Shown here: piece by piece, positions 21,840-32,500 of the stretch | Position numbering within the stretch: position 1 is the first letter of the stretch | Layout: each line of letters begins with the position of its first letter | Origin: a virus | Lineage: Duplodnaviria > Caudoviricetes | Virus record (IMG/VR): IMGVR_UViG_2873737359_000001 | Span: 113,487-177,486 of that record | Reading direction: 5' to 3' (one strand) | Length of the DNA stretch: 64,000 nucleotides | Position numbers and translations under genes: made by a program | Notes under the pieces: model-generated | Told to the model about the DNA's origin: nothing | The model's input: only the letters and a program-made list of their open reading frames with translations | Databases searched by the model: none

Positions 21840-22070
21840 ATTTCACCTCCTGTCTGCAGTGTTTATGGCACTGCCATAGGAGACAAATTGACTCTAACCA
21901 AAACGTCAGAATCATGATGACTTCTGATAATTTACCACCTACACTTTTCTGAAGGTATTATGTAAGAAATATATAGTGCACTTATATATTCTACACATGG
22001 TAAATTATACCAATTATATTCGAAATGTATAGTCAGAACGTTTGATCTGGTTAATATAAAAGTGCATCAC

Positions 22071-22110
22071 AAATAGAGCAGGACGATTGATCCTGCTCTA
22101 TTCTATTTTT
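22071..22110. terminator. Strong hairpin inside the intron
   Basis: AATAGAGCAGGA / TCCTGCTCTATT 12-bp stem followed by a T-rich tail. Confidence 0.55.
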
Positions 22111-22138
22111 CTCCAATATCCTCCAAAGGAGATTTCAC

Positions 22139-22321
22139 ATGAAAAAGTTATATAAATCTAATCTAAAATTTAATCTTAACATACTATGTAAGATAATTAA
22201 GTTTGAACTGAAAATAATTACAAAGCATAAACGACTCGCAGAAAAGTGGTTTGAAAAGATCACAACACTAGAATGTGAGTCTATATTTGAGAAAATGGAC
22301 GAGCGGAAGAAATATCTATAA
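22139..22321 (+). CDS. Small basic hypothetical protein (intron cargo)
   Basis: AAGGAG RBS before ATG. Confidence 0.45.
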   Translation: MKKLYKSNLKFNLNILCKIIKFELKIITKHKRLAEKWFEKITTLECESIFEKMDERKKYL

Positions 22322-22399
22322 TTTGCGCCACTTCTCTTTGTCTATTACTTCTTCCCGATTCTTCTATTTTCCTCTTCTACCTGAAAGGACTAAATACCC

Positions 22400-22645
22400 A
22401 TGAACAAATTTCAACGAATTTTACAACATTATGGACAAATCAAAAATTCTACTACTGGACCGTATACAAAACCTTACGAGTTCAGAAATATGACTGATTA
22501 CGAATGGTACAAAAAATGTTGTTCTGATATATCACAAAACTATGGGATACTGCTCAACCAAAATCAATCATATTTAAGCTATTGGTTTCATAGGAAAAAG
22601 GCAGATGTAAAATTGTTATTGTCTATTGTTGTTTCCTCCATTTAG
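22400..22645 (+). CDS. Hypothetical protein (intron cargo)
   Basis: GAAAGGA RBS. Confidence 0.45.
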   Translation: MNKFQRILQHYGQIKNSTTGPYTKPYEFRNMTDYEWYKKCCSDISQNYGILLNQNQSYLSYWFHRKKADVKLLLSIVVSSI

Positions 22646-22662
22646 AAAGGTGGCGATCCATT

Positions 22663-22896
22663 ATGCAGACAAACCACAAGGTTCTTTCTACTGTTATAGA
22701 TATTACACAGTTACTTTGCAAAAATTCTTGTACATATGATGAAGCGTATAAAATATTAAATATGGTTACTGCCGAATTTAAACAGCAGCAAGAAAATTTA
22801 GAATACGCAACATACGATGACTATTTTGCAGGTACAAAAACTGATGATGTAAGTAATAAAGTCATTGCACCATTAAATCATGCGGGTGGTTATTGA
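22663..22896 (+). CDS. Hypothetical protein (intron cargo)
   Basis: GAAAGGTGG RBS. Confidence 0.55.
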   Translation: MQTNHKVLSTVIDITQLLCKNSCTYDEAYKILNMVTAEFKQQQENLEYATYDDYFAGTKTDDVSNKVIAPLNHAGGY

Positions 22897-22898
22897 TC

Positions 22899-23468
22899 TT
22901 ACTTACTTCCTGGTTTCCAACGATATCCGCACTTCTGACAAAGATTATGCTTTTTGCTAGATCCCCAAAATCCTGTTAAAAGTGAATATCCGGATTCTTC
23001 CGTTGTCACTGACGTTGATCCGCACTTTGGACAGCGAACGGTTTTGGACGGATCTGGAATATCGGCAGTGTTGAATTCGAAGTATTGGAAGTTGTGGTCG
23101 ATACAGGTTGTAATGAATTTGTAGGCAAGATGAGCTGTATTATTTTGTGCATACCAATTAAAACGTTCTCGAATAAGCCGAGTTATTTTAGTAGTAACAG
23201 ATAGATATTTTTGCTGTCCTTCAGGGCAATTAACATTGTCAAAATTTTTAGGGTTATTAAAGCGTTGAAAATTTTCTTTATAGAATCCTTTTTGAGCTTC
23301 GTTCGATAATGAATTATATAACTCTTTAAAATGTGTTAAATCGTATTCTACTCCATCGACCAAACAAATATTTTCTTTATGAATATTGCTCAAAGGGAAA
23401 CCACAGTGTATACAAGCTGGAGCTTTATCAGAGACATTACCGCCACATTCAGGACATTTAATTAACAT
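22899..23468 (-). CDS. Double zinc-ribbon protein (intron cargo)
   Basis: N-terminal CPECG...CIHCG and C-terminal CPKCGS...CQKCG motifs; GGAGGG RBS. Confidence 0.8.
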   Translation of the reverse strand: MLIKCPECGGNVSDKAPACIHCGFPLSNIHKENICLVDGVEYDLTHFKELYNSLSNEAQKGFYKENFQRFNNPKNFDNVNCPEGQQKYLSVTTKITRLIRERFNWYAQNNTAHLAYKFITTCIDHNFQYFEFNTADIPDPSKTVRCPKCGSTSVTTEESGYSLLTGFWGSSKKHNLCQKCGYRWKPGSK

Positions 23469-23493
23469 ACCTTTATCCCTCCATTTTCTTTTA

Positions 23494-23522
23494 ATTTTAT
23501 CATACTATAGTCATTAAGTAAA
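23494..23522 (-). promoter_or_regulatory. Putative sigmaA promoter for the zinc-ribbon gene, straddling the 3' splice site
   Basis: Minus strand TTTACT-N17-TAAAAT with an extended -10 TG. Confidence 0.5.
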
Positions 23523-26500
23523 ATCGGAAATCTAAAAAAAGCGATAAATTCAAAAGATACGGATACGGTGAAAAGTGTTCTTAGCGGAATGGATCTTGAT
23601 ACTGCTGGTAAATGGTTTGGACGTTTAAATCAGGAAAATGGAAAAACTATAATTTCTGAAGATATTTTTTCAGATATATTTTCACAATTATTTGGTGAAT
23701 TAGGCGAAGACACTATCAAAAAAGCCATTGCTAAAGGCACTGCTTCAAAAGGTTTCAAAGGTGCACTCTCTGCTGGTATTAGCGGTTTTGCTGGTGGATT
23801 AGCTGGTATTGGAGAAAGTATTGGTACTGTAGGTACAGGATTAGTATCATTTCTGGGTTCTATCTGGCCTTTATTAGCAGTTGGTGGAGGAATTTTTGCA
23901 GGTATTAAAGGATACCAGGCATTAAACGATAAATTCACTCTTACTAAAGGAATGGCGGACAAACATTATTCTCAGTCCACACAGGAATATGCAAATAACC
24001 AGTCCGAACTGGAATCCTTGCAGTCTCAGAGAGATACCAACCAAGAGCGTATTTACGAACTCCGGGCCAAAGAAAATCAGTCTCCTGACGAAAAAGCAGA
24101 ATTGAGTCAACTTCAGGAAGAAAATAATCTTCTTGATTCTCAGGTAGCTATAAAAGAAAAGTCTGTGGACGTATCTAAGCTAAAGGCAGCCAATGATGCC
24201 AAAACGAAACTTGAGAAAAAAGGATACCAGAAGAACTATAAAAAGGAAGCTTACGATAATCAAGATAAAACTTCAATCAATGATTTAGATGAAGCTTCTG
24301 AAATGATTGATTATTTAAATCAGCTTAAATCTGAGTACAAAGATCGTGTTCAGAAAATTGCGGATGAAGGTAGAGAACCAAGTTGGATTGAACAGAAAGG
24401 TTTGGATAGCACAAAGAAAAAGATTGACAGTTTGGAATCAGATGTTGCTGATAAGGTAACAGAAATCTCTGACACCGCTAAAAGCATGAAGAACGATGAT
24501 GGATCTCTTATTGATGAGAAATTCAAAGATACTGTTGCTTCTGCTGATGCTGTTGTACAGAAATATCTGAACTCTACAGACTCTACCACAGCCACTTCCG
24601 ATAAGATGAATAACATCTTTGCACTCTCTCAATTCTCAGATCTGAAGGATAAACTCATTGCCGCAGGTAAATCCGGTGGTACAGATGCTATCCAGAAAAT
24701 GATTGATGACACAGACGGTCTTAAAGATGCAATGAATAATGCCGGACTCACTGCGGATGATCTCAAGGATAGTATTATGTCTATAGCAGATCCTGACGCG
24801 AAGAATCTGGAAGGCATCAAGGAGAATCTTGAGGACATATTCGGTAAGGATGGTCTTGGACAGTCTGATTTCTTCAAAGGTAAAACGGATGAAGAGCTTG
24901 AGAACTTCTGGGATTATCTCCAGGACAACAACTATAATCCTAAGCAGATGAACTGGAATGAGGAAACCACTAAGAAAAACTTCGAGGCAGCACAGGAAGC
25001 TAAGAAGAAAACTCCAGAGGAATCTGCCACATTCGCTTCTAAATTCAAGAATGCAGCAGAAGATACTGCTACTGACATTGATACTGTAACAGATAACTTC
25101 CAATCTGACATGAAGAATATCCAGTCTGCTATGGAGTCCGTAACAAACGGTACATTCCAGAATTCTGATATGGCAGATCTGATCCAGCAGTTCCCGGAAT
25201 TAAGTAATGCCAGTGGTGATTTGAAGGATAATCTTCAGGATCTTGCCATGAATAAAGGGGCTGAGGCCATTGGTAAGATCAGGGATTCTGTAAAGGATGT
25301 TACGGACCCGAAGCAGTTAGCACAGGCGGATAAATATGTTCAGAGTATCATGGATACGATGGACATGAGCGATTTTGATGTAAATGAGGCAGACGTTAAA
25401 GACATTGCTACAAAAAACATCAAAAAAAATGCAGATAAGTGGGTTAATAGAGATAACGCATCAAAAAAAGTATCTGAGTTAATGGAAAAATATTCTGGCA
25501 ACGAAGATGCTATGAAGGCCATTGTTCAACTTTCTATGGATCCTTCTATGGCTGATGCCAGTATAGAAGAATGGGAATCTAAGATTGAAGATCAAGAAAT
25601 TCAGATAAAGATTAATGCTGATACCAAAGAATTAGATAACCTTTCTAAATCAATGACCCGTCTTCAGACAGACGCTTCTAATACTCAGACAGATATGAGT
25701 AATAAGTCTGCTTTCAACCAGAAAATAAATAAAGATGATTACGATGCTTTAATTAAAAATGGCGATGCTCAAATTAAGAACTATGACGAGCAAATCGCAC
25801 ATTATAAAAATTTACAGAAAATACTAAAAGAAAACAATATTGATGCAGAGAGCACTGAGCAATGGAAACAATGGCAGGATAATATTGATGCAGCACAGCA
25901 GTCTATAGAGAATATGAAGGCTTCTCAGGCTGAATGGGGCGATGCGATTAAGAATCTTCCTATTACAGATATAACAAATCTGTCAAGTGCTATCACTACT
26001 GCTATGAGCGAAATGCAGAGTGATACCGGATTAACCACAGATAGTGTAAAAAATCTGGCTACACAGTTTAGTGATCTCGGTGATATTAACATTGATAGCT
26101 TATATACTAGAACTGCAAAAGGTTTACAGCTTAATACCGATCGTCTCCAGGATTATATGGAGCAACAGAATGATTTTGTCAATTCTGATTTTGAGAACAA
26201 AGTTAAGGAGCAAAAGCAGATTGTTGAGGATGCTTTTAAAGCATATCAGAATGGGGATCAATCACTCGCAAATTATACTGCAGAGCAGAATGCTCTCGAT
26301 GAATTATTAAATCGTAGAAATCAATATTTCGCACGGTATCAAGAGGCTCAGGAGCAATTTACTGATTTCCAGAAGATGATCAATGCCGAAAACGCAGCTA
26401 ATGCTGGCGACGAATATACCACAGCTAAATCAAAACTCGATGAATTAAAAGAGTTATATGACAACAATCTTATTGGAACTGAAAAGTTTAAAAAAGGTGC

Positions 26501-29500
26501 TGCTTATTTCTCACAAAACGGATTTGAAGATCCAGAAAACTTCATTGAAAATTATAATCATCTCAAAAAGTATTACACCGATGATTCTTCCGGTCCACAG
26601 AAATTCTTAGAGGATTTAAATAAGAAAGGTCTCGCTACATATGAGACTCTTGCAAATGGTCAAAAGCAATGGGCTTATTCATTTAATGATGTCAAAGACG
26701 CTGCTGATCAGATGGGAATGAGATATGAATCATTCCAGTCTATATTAGGAAGACTTTCTGATTATGGTTTTGTGAATAATCTTGTTACTTCTACTCAGGA
26801 TGGAGAACAACAAATTGACGAGCTGACAGATGACCTTATTACAGAGAAAAATAAGCTGTCAAAACTGAAAGCAAATGGAGCCACAGATCAGGCTATTCAG
26901 GATCAGGAAAATGTTGTTGATCAACTTGAATCTAAAATTAGTGGTGTAAATCAGGCAGTAACAGATTATGCTAATGGTGAAACAGACAGAAAAGTTCAGG
27001 ATTTAAAAGAAGCAAAGCAGATTATCAAGGATTCAAAAGAAGCCTATGATGAGGCAATGAAATCTGGCGATACGGATCTCGCTCAGAAACTTCGTAAAAA
27101 TATCCAGGATACTGCTAAAGATAATAACATAGAGTTGACTCCGGAACTAAATATTGATGAGAAAGCTCTTGATAAGCAAATTGACAACTTACAAAGTGAA
27201 GCTCGCGAAAAGAGTGTACAGAAATATAAGGATATCCAGGATCAGCTCCATAATGGACAAACAGAATGGACAGATTCTGAAGATTTCAATGCAGCGGATG
27301 CTATTACCAAATTAGAACAGGCTCAATCAGAAAACGCAGAAGGATTTAATAATCTTGTATCTAATATGAAGAAATATAATCTTTCTGACTTGGAATCTAT
27401 GATTTTTGATAATGGTGCATATGAATCTGAAGATCAAGGTCTTCGCGATATGGAAGATCAGATTCAGGGCTTTGCTGAATCTATAGGACTTACTACCGAT
27501 CAAGCTAATATGCTCGTTCCTATTCTTGAGGCAATGGGTACTTTAGATATATCTCCTAAAGTTGATAATTCAGAGCTTGAAAAGACCGTGACAGATACTC
27601 AGACTGCAGAGCAGACTCTTGAAGAAACAACAGGAAAACAATATAATTTTGATTTTAACACAACAGACCTGGATACTATTCAGAAACAGGTTGATCAAGT
27701 TAAAAAGGATATCGAGGACACTTATCTTAAGCGAGATGAGAACGGCAATGTCATTAGAGACGAAAACGGTATCCCTACTTATGATTATAGTGCTCCTGGT
27801 GCAAAAGAAACAGCTCAGATTTATGATGCTTCTATTAAACAACAGCAACAGGCAGAATATCAAACCTCAGCTTTAGGCCAATCAACATCTTCTGATGAAG
27901 TAGTAAAAGCCGCCCAAGATTATATGACAGCTAAGAATGCAATGGATGTGGAAACACAGAAATATAATCTTGGTATGGAGAACAAGTTACGAGAAGCAAC
28001 GGATAATGCTACCAATGCTATGAATGCATATGCTGAAGTTGCAGATAAAAATGGCAATCCATTAGAAACTGACTTAAAAAATATTGATCCACAAAAACTT
28101 GAAGATCAATTGTTAGGAGTAACTGATAAGGATCTTAAAGTAAAAGTCGAAGCAGATACATCCGATGCAGAAAATGATATTCAAAGTCTTGAAAATCTCG
28201 AAGGAAGTTCTATTACTATCAATGCAGACGTTTCTACAAATGGTGGTGTTGAAGAATTACAAGATTCTCTTGCTTCTATTCCTCAAGGAGTATCTACTAC
28301 TGTGACATGTGATGTAGAAGGCGAGTCTGATGTAGATAATTTGGAGTCTTCTATGGAGTCTATCCCGGATAATACTCCTGTTACAATCGATTGTCACGTT
28401 GAAAATCAAGATCAACTTGATCAGATTAACCAAAAGGCAGACGAACTTAATGCCAATGGAAAACAAATAAAAATCAACGCTACTGTTGGAGAAGTAAAAA
28501 CTGATGGAGCAACTTCTAATACGCCTATAAATGTAAAAGGCAATGTCACAGAAGTTTCAGGAAACCCCTCTGGCACTGTAGATATAAAAGGCAACGTCAC
28601 TAAAATCTCAGGAAACCCTTCAGGTACAGTCGACGTCAAGGGTAATGTTACATCTGTTACAGGTAATCCATCAGGAACAGTAAATGTCAAGGGAAACATC
28701 ACAGGTATAACAAACGAAGATGCAGTAAAAGGTAAGGCTAATTATACAGTAGGACATTCACCAAAGAAAGTTCCTGATGCAAGCGGAAAAGCTAATTTTG
28801 GCCTTGGAAAACATCCCGAAAAAGCCCCTGATATTTGGGGTACAGCTCATTATACTGGGGATTTCCCAACATCAGCTCCCACCCTTTCTGGTACTGTAGT
28901 ATATCACGCACAAATTCTAGGAGCACCTTCTGGCGCAAAATCAGTTGCAACAGGTACAATGCTCTCTCCTGCTCATGCTTCAGGTACGGCTTATAATGTT
29001 TTAAATATGAAGCGACTCTCTCCTGCTCATGCCGGAGGAAATGTTGCTATCAAACATAATGAACAAGCTCTTGTAAATGAAGTAGGTACAGAATCTATTG
29101 TTCGTAATGGTGTATGGTCACTTCTTCCAGGCGGAGCACATCTTGAGAATTTAAAACAGGGAGACATTGTATTCTCTGCTTCTCAGACAAAAGATCTTCT
29201 TGAACATGGACGTACAGCTGGACATGCACGTGCTTATGCAGAAGGCACTGCTTCTCTCACACATGCTTATGCTCGTTCTTCTGCTGCTAATGGCGGTGGA
29301 GCTTTTGGCGGAGTTAGAACAAGAACTACCACTTCAAACCAGTCATCTAGTTCTAATAATTCAAATAATAATAATGCACTTCAAACAATCGCAGATAATA
29401 CAGATTCAATTGCGGGAAGTTCACAGCAAACAGCAGACAACACTTCGAATTGGGAAGATCCATGGAAGAATGCAGTAGACTGGTTCGAACGGTATAGCAC

Positions 29501-32500
29501 CAGAATAGATAATAAGTTGGATCTAAATAGTGCTATTTCTGATAATTATCAAGGAAATAAATCTAATAAGAAAAATCCATTTAGTATTGCTACAAAAAAT
29601 AGCACTTTAGATTATTCTATTGATACAATCAAAAAAGAAATTCCAAATTATCAAAAACAACGGGATTATTATGCTTGGCAAGCTGAGGCTTATGGAGATA
29701 AAATTGGTCTTTCTCAGGATCTACGTAAATTAGTTCAGGAAGGTAAAATCCAGGATATCGAAATTTACGATGAAGATACAAAATCTAAAATTGAAGCATA
29801 TCAGACATGGTACGATAAAGTTCATAGTGTTGAATCTTCTATTGAGGATCTAAAATCTAAAGAAGCGGATCTTTGGAACCAAAAATTCAGTAATATTACT
29901 GACCGTTATGATGCATTAAAAGGTATTTACTCAGGAAAGAATGATATTCTTAGTGCAACAAATGATTATCGAAAAGAAACAGGACAATCTGAATCTTATA
30001 AATCGGTATACGCAAATAATATTAGAGCGCAAAGAACAAATCAAATCAAGCAGAATGCTATTACTGCTGAGGAAATCAAAAAATATCAGGCAGAGTTAAG
30101 AAGTCTTGGAAAAGAATATGGCACTCAGTCTACTATTTATAAGGAAGCGCAGTCTACTCTTCTTGATCTAAATAAGGAATATCAAGAAGGGAAAACAGCT
30201 GTAAGAAATTTCACAAACCAGCTTAATGAGTTAAAATTAAAAGATCTTCAAAATGTAATTGATAGATATGATAACGCTTCTGATAAACAATCTTCTTATC
30301 GCGACTGGAAAGATGCTACACATTTCAAAGGAACATCCGGTGTTACACAGAATGATTTACTAGAGGGCATTAAAACTAATGACAAACTTATTGATGCCAT
30401 ATCTGCTAGAAGGGATGAGGTTCAGCGTCAAATGCTTGGACTTTCCACGAGTTCTGATGATTATCGAACATTGGCAGACGAGCTTGCACAATTAGACGAA
30501 AGGACTGCAAACATTGCTAAAAACAATGCAGAATTACGTCAGCAAGCAACTCAGTTACGTACAGACCAATATGATAAAGCAATAGACAAACTTGAGCGTA
30601 TCACAACTGACTGTGAAAATATTCAGAGTATGATGGATTCAGACACATTTTTATCTGATGACGGATCTCTTACTACAAATGGTCTTACTAATATTGCTTT
30701 AGAAAATCAGTCTATACAGACTAATCAGAAAAAAATTGCCACATTAAAGCAGGAATTAGCAGAAGTTCAACAAATGTATGACAATCATTGGATGACCGAG
30801 GAACAATTCTTATCTCAGAGCCAACAGATTATTTCTGATATTAATTCTGCGGCGAAAGATATTTCTTCAAGCCAACAAAATTTAATCGATACATATATTA
30901 ATCAGATTACAAAAGAGAACGAATATTTACAAGACAATATCTCTAAACGTAAAGAAGCTCTTGAGGCCAAAAAGGATTATTATGATTATGATAAGACTAT
31001 TAAGAATAAGACAAAAGATATCAATGTAATCAAAGCACAGATTGCTGCTCTTGAGGGAACAACAAACGCCGTTGCGAAGGCAAAATTAGAGCAACTTAAA
31101 GCAGACCTTGTAGATAAGCAAGAAGATCTCGAAGATACCAAGTATGACCATAAGATTGATATGGAATCTAAAGGCTATGATAATCTTGCAGATCAGGCAG
31201 ATAAGGCTTTGGATTCTACTACACAGGCAGTTAAAACCAATGCCGATATGCAAAAATCTGTTATCGATAATATGCTTAAGGAAGTACAAGGCAATTACAA
31301 GGATGTATATGATAATATTACAAACATTGTAAAAGATTCTGGTGCTCAAATATCTAAAGAATTTGATAGCATTCTTAAAAATATTGGAAACGGCAAAGGT
31401 AATTTTACTGTTACTGTTACAAGTAAAGCTAAATCTTCTGTAGGGAAAACAAAAATTTCTAATGCTCCTGGAGTTACTGGACGAGGAAAGACTTCCGGAG
31501 ATAAGAAAGTAAGACGAACTGCTAAAGACGGAAGCTCTGCAAATAACGCTGCCGATGAAAATGGTACAGATCGACAGGCAACACAAGCTGTTACTGCTAC
31601 TCCGAAATCTATATCTATAGGTGTTGGAAATAGCGCGACTGTGAAAATTGGATTTAAGCCGACAAATGCTACCTATAAAGATTTTACATACGAAGTTTCA
31701 AAAAAAGGAATTGTTTCAATTTCTAAAGGTAAATCTTCTATTACTGTAAAAGGCACGGCGGTTGGCAGTGTAAAAATTACTATCAAAGGTCATGGCGCAG
31801 GATGTAAATCTACGACTGTTTCTGTAAAAGTCTTAAAAGATGGAGCCAAACATACAACAATTGCAAAAAACGTAGCAAAATCTATGAGAACATCATTAGA
31901 CACCAATGATGTTACTAAGATTCTAAATGCTACAAGCGGTAAAAAAACGGTAAAAGAAGTTGAATCATACGTAAAACAATATGTTATTCAAAATAAAAAT
32001 AATAATGTAACAAAAACTGCATTATCTAAGTGGTTTAAAGCTCTTCCAGCTTTTAAAGGTGATGTTTCAAAAGTTACTGGTATCGTTACAAAGCATTTAG
32101 CCCAAAAAGGCAAAAAAGCTACCGTTGCTGATATTCAAAAGGCTGCATCTATTCTTGGATATAAGGATTATAAAAATGTGGCCAAATGGAGTACTACTCA
32201 GAAAAACGCACTCGTATCTAAATTAAAAGGATATGGATTTGCTAATGGTGGAATCATTCGTAATCTGATTCCTGCTAATATGAGTACATTATTTGGTGAT
32301 GCTATTATGAAAAATGGCGATACAGGTCTTATATCTGCTCGACAGGGAGAAACTGTATTAACAGAGAAGTTCACAAATATGCTCGAACCAACTGTGACTG
32401 CTATGAACGCATTTACAGATATGTACCAGAAAATGAGCGCTCCTAATGTAAGTAGTGTTCCAACTCAGCAACAAAATATATTCCAGCCAGAGTATAATAT

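Larger units (their letters stand above)
21154..23510 (+). ncRNA. Atypical group I intron interrupting the tape measure gene and carrying passenger ORFs
   Basis: P1 GUGGGU 21148-53 / GCCUAU 21199-204 with U.G at the splice site. P10 UAAUGA 21193-98 / UCAUUA 23511-16. P7 G[A]GCGCA 21424-30 / UGUGCC 21482-87. P9.0 UAUAGUA 21488-94 / UACUAUA 23503-09. Terminal G at 23510. Ligation is in frame. Confidence 0.82.
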
